Below, piece by piece: positions 21,909-36,300 of a stretch of 64,000 bases of DNA; positions within the stretch are counted from its first letter, which is position 1; every line of letters starts with the position of its first letter. This DNA is from Tubulanus polymorphus (taxonomy: Eukaryota > Animalia > Nemertea). Below the pieces are notes generated by a model that was given only the letters and a program-made list of their open reading frames with translations, was not told the origin of the DNA and did not search any database. The translations under genes were made by a program, and so were the position numbers. Location of the stretch: positions 2,914,001 to 2,978,000 of the forward strand of contig NC_134025.1 in NCBI RefSeq assembly GCF_964204645.1, given 5' to 3'.

Positions 21909-24900
21909 TTTCGTCAAAAAGGAAAATCATGAATTCTCAGGATTAAATACTGCTGACATATACGAACCCGAAATACAGGACTTATTTCATGGATATTTAA
22001 TGAGTATCGATATCAACATGTGGTGCTTTATACATACTAACGATGTTATGAATTTTTTATTATTACATATGAAAATGTTAAATCGGTTTTTTTCATATCT
22101 CTTACTGAAACGTATAGCAATTAAATTAAGGGAGGTCCTTACTGACTACTCTAATTACTGACTATTGGATATATTCATATTAAGCTGAAATTCTCTATTA
22201 GTATGCTGTAAAATGTTGCTTTTATTTTTGTAATTTTATGATCTCTCGCTCATGAGAATCATTCCATTATGCCACAAATCGAGACAATTTTAATAAGCTT
22301 TTCGTGTAATATTTTATCACTAATATCTAATTGTTTTAAACCGTAATTTCTCACTTATTTTGTACCTGTATTTTAATATCCAAGTTTGATGATAAAAAAG
22401 TTTATTTATATGTAAAAAAATATATTCTTTGTAAGTTTCTTTGTGATCAAATCAGTGGAGAGGCATATATGTATTTCTCTGAGGAAGCCAGAGTTTAACC
22501 AAGCAGAAATGGAAAGGACACTTTAAATTCGAGGATTTCAAATACTTCCCAGATCTTTGAGTAATAATAGTACAGATGGAAATATAATGACCGACTGATT
22601 GGACATGGCGACTTATTAGTGAGGACAGTATCAGTCGACTAGAATCTAAAAGACCAGCTTCCCTAGATTCTGAGAAGGTGCAAAGGCTTATATTTTACTG
22701 AAAACAATGTATTTGAGAATTGCACACTTTTTCTGACTGACTTATTAGGTTAAGTAGAAAGAATAGAATGTTACGGAATAAGGAATAAGGAACAAGTAAT
22801 GAACTTCACTGGGGTCATTACTTATAGTAATGAGATAGCTGATCGAACATTGCAGTTATATCGTATTTTTAATCTTACGGAGGTCACCCGTGATAAGAAT
22901 GAATTCAGACACGCACTTAAACCGTGCAATCATCAGTCTTTTATAGATATTGTTCGGGGAATGTTTGTGTTATAGATTTACCTCCGCTAATGTATGAAAT
23001 GCGTGTTGAGATGGCGCAGTTGCCAATAAATACATATATTTGTGAATATTAGAAATTGAGGCATGTTTGTCCATTGCTGAAAGTAAATCTAGTTGTATTT
23101 GTGTTAACGCTGGTGAATTGTGTATGAGCATTAGCCGCTCACGAGGAATACGACTGAAATCTACCGCCGCTTGTTGTGTACTGTTGCTAGCAGATCGGGC
23201 ACTGAAAGAGTCGTTAATTGCCGTCTGGTCGTAGTCATTGTACGCGCCCGATATGGAATAGGATTCTTTTCAGGTAAAAATGCGTATTTTTTAAAATTTA
23301 GAAGTGTCTTTTTCTATTCTTATGACAGTTATTAACTATATATACGTATGATGCGCTCTATGGATGAAACAAATTTTTTCAAATATATTGCAATCCTTTT
23401 TAAATTTCCAGGCGATTATTATCTACGCATGAATGATTAATTATCACTCTTGTCTTGTCGAAATATTACCGGTACTATGACTGTTTCTATAGAATTATGA
23501 GTATTTTACGTATCAAGTGATTAAACGTAATAACCAACATTACACAGGGCATTGTTCAACCCAAAATGATAAGTTCACATATTTGGCAATTGTATGCGGT
23601 ATGTCTATGGTTTAATTGAGCCAAAAGTGAAAGAAATACAGTGGGGATATCCAGCAGAGACAAGGTAGTGACTTTCACGAAAATGTGGGTAATTAAGCAT
23701 TAGTTTGGTTCCGTGCGCTGACAGCGTGCACTCTCGGTTGTAAGAGGTGTCAATTATGTTCTAATTGACCATGAGAGAAATTGAAGGGACTTCAATTCAC
23801 TTCACGACAATAATTAATACTTACACATAATCCTATTGATAGAATGAAGTGTCTCAGGAAATTGGATTTAAATTGTCAATTCATAGAATTAAAGGTCGAT
23901 AATTTATAGGATTTGTTGAAATGTTAGAAACGAATCGAAGATACACAAAGATAGATATACGTGAATGAAATACAATATTGATATTCTGTTATTAGAACAG
24001 ACTATAAAACCGATAAATCTCTGTTATCAGTACTGATATTTGTCAAAACTGAATATTCAGCTCTGATTGATTTACACAGACAGTGGTTTTGTTTGATAAA
24101 GCTATAGTTGTGTAAATAACTCGGTTGTCATGGGAATTTGGAGATGAGATGTTTTTATTAAGAAATCATCTAAACGACTATAATATGTATTCATTAGCTG
24201 TAATTGTTGAACGTGTCAATTTCGTTTCAGTTTTTTAGGTACCTAACAGAAGCAAGTTTTGGTGTAGAAATTGTTGAAGAATTTAGAATGAATGAGAACT
24301 TGATTTCATTTTATATCATAGATTGTATTCTACTATTGTTTGAATTATTGGTAGTAGACTTAGAATTCAAGTCATAAACCATACTCTAAATGGCCCAGGC
24401 AAACAAAACCTTTCAAAAACTACCAATGGTATATTCTCCGCCTTGAAGAAAGTTTTAATTCCTTCAAACTAGCCAAGCAAGAGTGCAGTACTTCGATTCT
24501 ACATTGTACTTTTCATTTCATGTCCCTATGTGATCTATCTATTTGTCAAACTGCCAAATAAATGAATATAGTCATATTTGAAATTCCTCTCTAATTTCGT
24601 ATTTGTAGATCGCCATAAAAGTATAAAACAGTTGAACGGGTTTTGAAATAAGGCAGTGCAGTAGGGGAGCTCAATACTGTCCTCGTAGATTGTCGGATTT
24701 ATTGGTACGTGTGCCACATAAGCATTCTTTTTTATTATGATATAGTTAGGAATGAAAATTGAAGCGGACTTTGACATAGCGCGGTAAGCTTTTGATGATT
24801 CTGTTTTTAAGGTTAATCATCTAACGCAGGTTTAGAAGATGTTTGTTCGAATTCTGATTCAGATTCGATCACACGCTCGATGAAGCGTGTCTTCATGTTT

Positions 24901-25029
24901 CATTAGGAGCTCTTCTGAAGTAAAGCATATGGTAAATGCGATGTAGTTAAACAGATAACGTGAACAGTTTTCTGATCAGGAGATTACATGTATCGATATC
25001 GATGCTTTTTCAATCTTACTTATTCCTAC

Positions 25030-25060
25030 CAGGAGGGTGGGAGTGACTCCCACCTCCCTG
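25030..25060. mobile_element. 31-bp palindromic micro-element with 7-bp TSD
   Basis: CAGGAGGGTGGGAGT-G-ACTCCCACCTCCCTG flanked by TTCCTAC on both sides. Confidence 0.65.
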
Positions 25061-26218
25061 TTCCTACATTAAACGTATGTCTGTTGGATAATATATGTTT
25101 TATCACATGTATTTCTCTACATCTTTGCGCAAACTTAAGGAATAGGTGTCTTGTGGCGATTTGATGTTTACAATCTAGGTCCCGTTCTAGTCAGTATAAT
25201 CTTACGCGTTGGTTGTCTTTTTACCGCAAGCATTTCTTTAGCTGTTTATTTTTAGAAAACCGCTCGTAATGTCTTTAGCAATTGCTTTGAAGAAAGATAT
25301 TTATGTCGTTGATTATTATTGCTTTGCCCAATGTTACACAGATTCATTAAAGCGACTGGAATGGCCGATTACATTATTTTCCCTTGGATAGGTTGTTTAC
25401 TTATTGTTTTGTACGGCGTATGGTTGCTGAGTTTAGTAATCATGGGTTGTGTTTCCGTTTAATGAGCAAATCAATTCGTTACGAGTATACGCCATTACTT
25501 CGATAATAACGAAACGCACTTCTCATTGAGCTGTCAATATTGGCCTATTATTGGAAATGTAATTTTTTCTTTACGATATGAACCGCAGTATCGGAGGGGT
25601 TTATCAACTCATAACATGGCATTCACATCTCTGAGGTTTAAAAGGAAAATGAATTATCTAATTGAAAGTCTGTAAAGGTTAGTTCAAATAGGATATTCAA
25701 TGTAAGAGAATGTCAGCTAATGGATATTAATTGTCTGTATTTTGTAAGTATATTCTGTGAACGTACGTGTGACTTAAATCACTTTCGATGTGGTATATAT
25801 GTCTTACTAATGTATTTTCATTAAAATCTGTGGGAAGCATTCCATTCATTCATACGATAATTGAGGCAATAATATCCTGCATACACCTACTGAAGACGAC
25901 TGTCGTGTGAAGTTCGGAATTTAGATTCATAAGACTGAAATATCCAGTTGTGTATACAATTCTATATATAACGCTACATATACCTATAAATGATTTAAAA
26001 AAACATCGAAGAGATAGTGCACAATGAATGGGTATGTTATGCAAACACGCTGAGCTTGTCTGGTTAGTTCGTTATTGAAATTAATGAAACATATGCGCCA
26101 GGACAAATATTCATTTCAGGTCCATCCATAAGACCACCTGTCAAATTGTACATGATCCAATCTTGTTGCCTCGAGCTAATTCTGGAAACATTATCTTTTT
26201 CAGATTCCCCGTGAGATC

Positions 26219-28870
26219 ATGCAAATCTACGCTACTGGTGTGAAAAACGGTGATAAAATGATGTCTTCGAGTAAAAATTGTCGCTGTAAAGTGTCTCGTG
26301 ACGTCGGCACGAATCCGAAATATGGTTCTGGATCGTTAGCCGAAGCGCGACCTTGTACTCCGTGTCGTTGTATGGTTGAAAGAGATGTCGTGAAGTCACG
26401 ATCCTTGCAGTCAATACCAAAAGGAGAACTCATCGACGGTTATACGCAAACCACTCCATCGATCGAAGGCGATGACACTAACTACGATTTGTCCGATTTG
26501 ATATTTTCCGAGGAGCCTCCTAACGATACTGACGTAACCTACATCGACGATAAAACGGGTGCTATGAAACTTCACCGTAAAGCCGGAACAAGAATTCCGA
26601 ACACAGTTTCGGATGGCTATACGTCTGGTTACGCATCGTCTCTCGGTACCTACAAGGATAAATCAGATATCGATTCGTTACTGAAACCAGATATCAGGGT
26701 TACAGATTATACAACTCCTTCAAATACAAGAAGTTACGGCAGTGGAAATCCGAGCGCAACCAGAATGTCCTATCTATCGCCTGATTATGTACCGAATGAA
26801 ACGACTAACGGACATTACACCGATCCCTATAAGATTTCTAATACATCAATATCGGCTACTGATAGATATCTGAACAAATCAAGTGATTCCAAACCATATT
26901 CTTCCGATCGTAATCTAAATAAAGACTATGGTTCTAACTATGGCAACGCATACACTGGTCCTAGCTGCCATGATTATCTGAAAGCATACAATCTCGATGG
27001 GACTGAACCTAAGTATAATTACAAACTGAAAGATAGCCTGTCTCCCAGAAATGTACATTATGCTTCTGATGACTTGGCAAATCAATCCAGATACGTTGGT
27101 ACCAGTTCACGTTTGAGACCCGCTTCCTCCATGCCCGACCTCAGCCCAAGAGATGCGAGGAGTTATTCAGGTATTCCAGATGTTGGTATATCTGGATATT
27201 CAAGTAATGCCTCTCTTTCGAGCCCTCCGAAATACGGATACGTCAGGGGTATTAGTTCACTGTACGAACCGGTAAAACAACGTCATTCACAACCAGATAG
27301 AAGTAATTCAGCATATACACGCAGCTCTCCGACTGGTCGTCCACCAATACCGAGAAGACCACCATCGACACCTTCGTCAAGAATTCCTGCCAAGTATGAC
27401 ATCAGCTCGAAAACATTCCTCGGAAAACCAAGCATTCCAAACTATTCTCGTCCGACGAATTATCGTTTTCCAACTCGTACAAATTATTCTAGCGATTCTT
27501 ATCAACCTCCGCGAAGTCCCTCTCCATCACCGCACAGTTATGACGGCTACCGTTCACAACCAGGATATAAATCTACGCTATCGAGGCCTTACGAATCCGA
27601 CTACGATTTGGCATCCAGATATACGCCTAAAACTGTACCTACTGGCTCGTATATAGGACCATCGAAATGGCGCTCTGTCCCCGATTTACACAGTGATGGT
27701 ATATTTAACATATTGACGACATCGAACGCCTGGTTGCATAAAATCCAAGACACGTTAGATGCTGGAACGCAAACAAAACCGGGAACAACAAATGGTCACT
27801 ACAGAGAGAGGGTGGTAACACCATCCACAAGTCTTCCTAGAAATACAAGACCAAAGTATGGCAGCTGTACCATGCCCAGGACATACGCAACAACGCAGAC
27901 TGAAAACTCTACTTCACTGCCACCGCAATCAGTCGATAACGACAACATCAACGAATTGAAGGAACTATTCGATATTCTAGACAGGAATAAAGATGGGTAA
28001 ATGATTTGTAGGCAATCAAAATAGAATTTAAAATACATTGTACCCGTATAAAGGTCTAATTTCAACTGTCAACTCACCGAACTAGTATTATTGTTATTCC
28101 ATTGCTTAAAGAATGTTAAGCCTGGAAGCTTTTTGTATCAATGCAAACAAAACGTTTTCCCCGAACTGACAGTTTAATGATTGATCGGGGAGTTAATCAT
28201 TCAATAATCTCCTGTTACGTGCCGTATACACAATTTACATAACATTTCTAATTTTAGAGGTTTCATTCTTACTATTTGCAGGAAACTGACGCGAACTGAA
28301 ATTAACGCGGCTAAACCGTCACTAGTTTACAAAGCCAACAGGAGATTCCTCGAGGACATTTTAGGTCTGTAATTTTGGCGGCGATTATTTCAATCAATTT
28401 CGACATCTTTGTTATCGGTTTGGAAAAGTTTTTTGGTAAAAAAGTGGTAAACGTTTTATTTTCTTTTATCAGATTGTTTACGAATGACTCACAAAACGTA
28501 CATAACCTTCGCGGAATTGATGAGATTTTATCTAACATCAGCCAGACATTTAGCCGAGGAATATCGCGCTATTCAAAAGGTATGCGTCAAATAAGTAACT
28601 ATAATTCTTCTTCAACGACGTGTATTTCTTTTACCTAAACCTAAAATCTATTGGCAATTTCAGACATTCAAATGGCTCGACCCAACGGGAAAAGGCTTTA
28701 TCGGCGAAAACGATTTACGCTATTTGGCAGCTGAACACGGAATCTTCTTGACATCAAGAGCTACACGGCAAGTGATCAGAGAAGCAGATATCGATCAGGA
28801 CGGTGTTGTCACATTTGATGACTTCGTATATATAATGCTGAAAGCGAAGTTAACCGGGGATGAAGATTAG
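26219..28870 (+). CDS. Uncharacterised protein: ~575-aa Ser/Thr/Pro/Tyr-rich disordered region plus C-terminal calmodulin/centrin-like four EF-hand domain
   Basis: Exons 26219-27996, 28282-28364, 28473-28579, 28664-28870 (724 aa). EF loops DRNKDGKLTRTE, DPTGKGFIGEND and DIDQDGVVTFDD; EF2 is degenerate. Probable non-coding exon 1 ends at ~23273 (CAG|GTAAAA) with acceptor at 26203. Confidence 0.85.
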
Positions 28871-30301
28871 TTTATCAGTTATAATCGTATCAATCCGTCC
28901 ATTATTATACATAAATACATGATATATTCGTTATTTCTATTGCCATTCATCTGTTATTCAGGTGACTAGTCTCTTATTTTGATTTTAGATTTTATGATTT
29001 GTATATGTAGGATAGACGAAAAATGTAAAAAAAAGTCTAGAAAAAATTTATTCGTGAACTTTTGTTATAAGGCTCGAGCCTTTGAAGCATCTATAGCCAG
29101 AATAGAACGTACGTTAGAATAGTTATGTAGATAGTTTTGTACATGCAAGTCTCTACTTAATTAATAAACAAGTGATATATATAGTTGTTATTCGATTTTC
29201 TGGTTCATTCATTTGTATGCCTCACCGAGATGGACAAGAAACGTACAACGATGAGCTTTTTTCGGTGATCTAATTCTTACTGGAGCGAATCTAATCTGGA
29301 ACGGCGTGTCAGAGGACGTGAAGAGTCTGACCACAATATTCTACGACTAACACTTATAAACACCTGCTGGACCCAGTTTGGAGTGAAGATTTTACTCATT
29401 TGACTGAAAATCAGAACTAATTTCAACTTAGAGTTAACTCTTAATGTGTAACTGAGTTCAGTATTAAATGACAATAAAGTTCGATGATTTATAATGAATT
29501 AATTTATTAAATAAACTTAAAAGTACATTTACAATAGAATATCTTTTTTCTACAAGAGATACGTAATTACGTGTTGTGGATCGGGGCTGGTGGATATGTG
29601 ATTGCCTATCATAGGAGTAAGTAGAAAATAGTAGCCAACAACCCTGATACATGTCGATGTATAGATAGCACATTGTTAAATGGTTAAGTACAGGTCTTTA
29701 TAGCAGCACATCTGGAGACAGAATTACCGTGTTCGTAATTCGTAGAATCGTCGATAGAGGGCGACAGTAGCTTATGCATTCAGGATCGCCGGCTTTAAAA
29801 TAGCTTTAAACTAATAAATAAAAAATGCTCTGTTGAAAATCTTGTGAGACAATATTAAATATCGTATAATATTTACTCAAAATGCAACTATACATTGTAC
29901 ATTATATTGTATACAACATGAAACATTATTTACATTTTATTGCACCTCGTACTCGGGGTATCTATCATACTAGGCCAATCTGACTAGGCAATTCGAATCT
30001 TCATTTCATCTCTATATATGATCATAGTTTTTGTAACAAGTAGTAATTCAAGACAAACATAATATCAATCCGGTGTCCTTGCATGAAATAATGTGATCGG
30101 TAACACATCTCATACACTACGAACTAAGAGGCTATCGGCATCCTATAATGTCAACAGTTTCACAAAATTCAGAAAAAATATTTTAAAACATTACTGACAA
30201 AGTCTACTCTAACATACTCAATTCCTAGAATGTTTAGAGACCAACACAAAGTGAGCAGGAATATAGTAAACTGCATCCGACTTGTCTTACGCTGATTACG
30301 T

Positions 30302-33300
30302 TTAGTCTCCGTTCAAAAGAGTGTGGGTGACTTCTGAAAATGCTAGCAGAGGATTCGCATTGTCGTCGTGTCCTTTCATAAGCTGAAACGGATTAATACG
30401 AAAAGTTACAGGAGTTGCGATATGCCTCATTAACATAATCACATGATGAGTAACGTGTTGCTGGTTTAATGAATTCAATAGAAACTGTGATTACCTTACC
30501 CCTGACGCTAATACTCTCTGTTGTCCAGGACCCAGTGGATCCATTGACCAATCTGAATATGGATGATGAGTAGGCAAATGATGTAACCACGAAGGTGATT
30601 TGACTACGGGAACTGCTATACTTCCGCCAACTGCTGTCTGTTGCTTCTCACACGATCTACAGAACGAGATATTCAGATATGAAATATGAAAATAAGAAAC
30701 CAACAATATTAACGATAAACAATGGAAAATCAATTGCAGTGACGTTTCAGATAGATGACTTCATTCCATCATTCCATCTTCAGAGGTTTTATTTGAAAAA
30801 ATTACATTTATTTTGAATATTTCTCCGAGAAGGATAGCCATATATCTGAAACGTTAGTGAAACCAGTTTTCTAGTTTTTTTGTGGGTCAATATTGTCGAT
30901 TTTCATTTGAATGTATATTCTAAATTGACTTGAAACTGATTTGCTTCGAATGCAGTGTTCTTTTTACCTATGTTGCTGTATAACAGACATGGCGGTTGTG
31001 GCTGAGGCAGGACTTGGATGGTTTGCTGAGGTGATAGATGTCAAAGCTACTGCACTATCCGGCTTTAAAGCGATATCAAATGGACTGCAACTTGAATTCG
31101 TCGGAGTTTCAGCGGAACTTAATCCATCGTGAGAAGAGATAGACTTAGGGCTGATTTTTGAGTTGATATTTTTACTACAGGACGGCCATGTTGGATTGGT
31201 GCGATCACTGAACAAATTTGTCGCTGTTAATCCGTTATTAGTTTGTTGATTTGGAAGTGACGATATCCGATTCTGAGGACTAGACATTCGATTGCTATTT
31301 ATTGGACTTTGAATCACTGAGACAGCGTGTTTCGGGTCAGATTTGACGAGTTCCTTGTGATGATTTTGAGGCAAATGCAGTCCCTGATCGTAGGCGCGTT
31401 CGTGTATGGTATTAGTACTACTCGGATGGAACAGTGAACAAGAGTTTGAATTCGGTACTGAACTGTACTGCTGGGCACAACTCAAGAAATTATTATGATG
31501 CGAAGATAACACAGATGAATTCATTACCGATGATTTAAAGTCTAATGATGATTTATGAGATAATCTGTCTGTCGAATAATCGGCATATTTTTTCAGTTCG
31601 TCGTATTTTTGTATATCATGACCTAACTGTCTTTTTCCTATATCGAGACCATAGTTGCATGAACTGACCGTATCGTATCCGTATTTACTGAAGTCGTAGC
31701 TATATTTCGATGCCTGAGACATCAAGTCGTAGCCATTGCCGTATTGTAAAGTAGTTTGATAATTTCTCGGTTCGAGGTAGTACCCGTTCGGGTAACTGTT
31801 CGAATAGCTATGTTTGTCTGATTCTAACCGGAATGTATCGGGGTATACCCCAGTGGTAAACGCGTGATAGCTATGGTATAGTTCGTTATCCAGACCGAAG
31901 TTAGTGCCGCTATAAGGATACATGAGATCGGCTTTGATGTCTCCGTTTTGGCATGTCGGATAGCCATTTATGGGCGAAAACGCCGGGTAACTATTGATTC
32001 CGTTAAAGACCTCTCGATACGGATGTTTCCGCTTGCGTCCTGTTGATAAATAGTCCCGGAATTGAGATTTTGATTTCTTGCTCTTAGATTTGATCTTCGT
32101 TAGAGGATCATCTTCAGTCGGAGGGAATGTTGAATCACTATCCAGAAGAGGATATGGCAACTTAAACTCTGTTCCACGCTTGCCGAATAAATCTTTGCCC
32201 TCATCATCCCTGGAAAAATATCACACAATTCATTTTCAAACTGATTTTATACTGGAATATTGTAAATAAGACTTGTATTTGATGATAAAGGCTTACGTCA
32301 AGTGTCTGTGAGTGGAGATCACGAAGTCCGGTTTACTATTCTTATAAACAACTTTCGAACTAGTCTGCAACCAAATCCATTGATAATCTTTAGCAATCAG
32401 ACGGTAGGCTATCAACCCTGAACTTCCAGTTTTAATTACTGAAAAACAATCAGATTCACGACATGATCACACGCATAATGTCTATTCTATACGGCGCTTT
32501 AATGTCCGCGCGAATACGCGCTGAAGTGTCCGATAGGCAGCTTATTGGTTCCAATTCCAAACATTAGAGTAATGTGACAACGTTTTCCCTTTGGGCTCTA
32601 AACTGTTCCTACGTTTCTCAAAGTGTAAGTTGTCTTGGGACTTATTACAGCAAGAGGCGGTGTTAATTAATGAATACAGCGCGACTCGTTATTGCTGCAG
32701 CGTATAATGTTCTCCATCTGTAACAATTAGTTTGCTGTCATTAGAAAATGATTATTTCGTTTATGACTGACTACAAACTGCAGTCATCTGATACTTTATA
32801 AAGGTGACTAAGTACTGATGACGACACATTTCTACCTGTCTGTACATTTTCTTAAGAAATAAACTACCCGATGTATATACCGACGAATACAATACCAAAG
32901 AAATACTATACATGGTCAGTAGCAATAATTTGCTGGTATTTTGCGTTGAAACCGAAATCTATTCAACGATTTCGGGAGGTTTTTTACTTAAAGATGTTTT
33001 ACACCAGCATTGATTCTTACATTCTTGATGAGCGGCGGCGTAATAGCTTAAATCGTCCGGATGAATCAGATCATAACCTCCTTTTGCCTGAAGTTCTTTG
33101 TCCGAGTAACCAAATAACATCCGTCCTCTGAAAATCATTATGGAGAGTTATGTGTAGATGGCAGCAAGAGTCTGAGACATACCGTCGTCATAAATTAACA
33201 TTATACATGCTTATAATACGACACTTTACTCCCGCTGATTTCGTAGCAAGATAGAATACCTTTGGTCGATGGAAACCGGGGAGAGATCCATTTTATGTTT

Positions 33301-36300
33301 TGTTTTGAAGGTGAATTCGCGGACTGGTGAATCGAGTAATGGTAACGGACCAAATGGGCAACACACGGCAAACAGTGCTAATGGTGGTTCCTCGGGTTTC
33401 ACTATTTGTCCATGGAGCATTCTTATCCTGCCACTGATTTCAAGTGTCTGAAAAAAAAACGAATTCGTCAAAATTATGAATTTCTTATCGTACACATGCT
33501 AGAACACAATGTGTTTACTTATATATATCATATACTTACGATGAAACCTGAAGTGTTGTCCAAAAGACACCTGAATCTGACTGTAAAATTCCGTTGAAGC
33601 AAATGAGCATTTTCTAGAAAGATAACACCGCATTCTTATTAGCAAATAGAACTTGATGATAATGAATTTTGCAAAATGATCGTTTGAATCATCTTTACTT
33701 TACCTGGGAGCAAAACTTCTTGAAATGTCATATCACGTTTATCAGGAGGAAGTTGTGAGTCCCATTGTAACTGTGTTTTGAATTCTTCTCGATCTTCTGA
33801 ATGAATCAGTTCCATCACACTTTGGTGAATGATGTCAGACTGAAATTAACAAGAAAACAACGAATAATATTTATAATATTTTCATTCTCTATCCCATCTC
33901 AGTCCAGATTCGATTTTCTATTTTCCCGAATAATAGTCAAGAGGCAAGAGAAGAACATTGGACGAAGAATCTCAGCTACGATGCAAGATTTGAACCCAGA
34001 TTTAATGGATGACCATTGACCACTCAGCTTCTACAACATCAGGTTCTTCTTAAGCGAAATTAACAGCATTCATTTTTTCAGTCCACTCGGGTATTATTAT
34101 AGCAGGATCGATTTATCATTTTCCTGAATGTGGGGGAAAATACAAAAGAAAAACATTCGACGAAGAACCACAACTACCAACTATGCAGGATTCGAACCCA
34201 TGGACACTTTAGATTGTGATCTCCGCTCCAACAATATTCTGATAAATGACAGATTCTTCTTACGTAGTGCGTGGACTAATTGCATTCGATTTCTTAGCAT
34301 TTTTTACCGCTTACCCATCAAATACAGATGGACACCAGTTGAACAAACATCCATTGAATATTCATTGATATATGTAGTACTTTTATAGCGCATTAGTGGA
34401 ATTTTACGATTCAGCTTTAAATATCATCGTCTCTCGTAATAAATCAATTTCTAAGGTGATTTTTATCGATGACAACTTTCATTTTATCTTTTGATTATAG
34501 CTGGTAATGACATCATCACTGTTGTGGATGAGTGTAAGATATAATAAATGGCCAAGATAAATTCTACACTGGTGATATGCTGCCATATCATAATGAGACA
34601 CCTGCTTAGGCAGTTTGTGGCTTCTATAATTTGCAAAATGCTCGATTGTTTCTAGGTAATTAATTATTTTGTGGCATCAATTAAATCAGACCTAACTAAT
34701 GGCAGTAATTTATCAGCCGTTGACAGTTCCACCTGTACCTAGATTCAGCCACCATAAAATATCTTAGAATTATAGCTGTTTTTTGAAGCAATGTAGAGAA
34801 GCTAGTAGACACATGACACTATCTACCACAACAGTTTTATCATTGATGGTTGTATTATTCTTTTACTGCACATATTTATCATCTTGTGCACGAACAAAGG
34901 TTCCTTATTTGATGGCAGGAAGTCCAGGGTCTAGCTGACGTGCGTCACAACATCGACGGGCGCCGATTTTTTTTCATACAATATCTCACAATTTTGAAGA
35001 AATATTCTAACGACCATAGCAACACTTTGAATAAAATATATCATTAAAAAACTACGAAATTTTTGTGAATATTTCGATTTTCGCGGACACAGTTTGGTAA
35101 CGCAACAAAGGACGGATATTTCAAAGTTTCTTTCAGATTCGAATATTTTCATACCTAATAAACTGCGAAAATCTTGTGACAAATAAATTTGTCATGCTAT
35201 TTAATTTTTGACGTGGCTAATTCATCCATTAACTCAGCCTCAGTTTATAAAGGCAATTAATCTACAAAGCATTGACATATAGATTTAGAATGCAGTGGAT
35301 TTTGCTGTCAGTTCTCGTGGTGAATTTATGCTCGTGTATTTTCAGTGGATTCTGTAGAGTATTATCTCGGTGCAGCAATCTTTCCGCGTTCGTGCACATG
35401 AGCAAACAGCAACAGGAAATTTCGGCATGAGATAATATGACAACGATACGAATAGACCATGCCCGATACGTCAAACAAAAACCCGCATGCGGAACACTTC
35501 AGCCGCAAGCTCAACCAAGAAGAAATCCTTTTCATAAAATAGCTAATTTCGCTTCCATTAATTCAGACGCTTGTTCTGCTTGATTTGAAGAGTAAACATC
35601 CTTATTTGGCTATGAAATGAAGACCATTTCAATATCGATGTATTTTTAGTTATGAATTGAACGTAGTTTGTTGTTTTGACAAGTGATATACACTTTATCC
35701 TAAACGATGGATCGGATTTGAATGACAAATGAACCACGACTTCCGTGAGAAGTCACTCAGCCATTATGAACCGCATTTTGGACCGTGTTTTAGTGTTACT
35801 CCGCGCCGTCTGGTTCCCGGGTCACCGTAAAATGATTTGATTTTGCACAGATTTACTTATCATACACACGCGAATTACTACGTCGAAATCAAATTTACAG
35901 GACGGACAAATTCAATCTGATTCGTTCATTGATGGCACCTGACCAAAACATGGTTTGATGTCGCTGATTTAGATAGTGTAATTAGCGAACAACAGTTGCG
36001 TGCAGCGATCGACAAACTTGCGATTTTATCATGCGCTTGGCGGACATTAATCCACTTTTGTCCCCTGAGATGCAAGGTTGCATGCGAACTTGACTTCTCC
36101 CATATGGAAGATTGAATCATACGTCATTGAAGACATCAAGGCTTCCACCAAGACATCAAGGCTTACAATCTATTAACCTATTAACCAGTGACATCACCTT
36201 AATCATACGTTCATACTTAAATACGATTTTTATGCGTCAAGACTTCTCCGTAAAGGTTTAAGAAATTTCTTTCTAAAGATTTATGTTAATGAAATGGGCC

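Noticed and set aside
21757-22161. 134-aa ORF after NOX
   Set aside because: It is an alternative frame of the NOX last exon plus AT-rich 3'UTR, with a non-ATG start and no recognisable domain.
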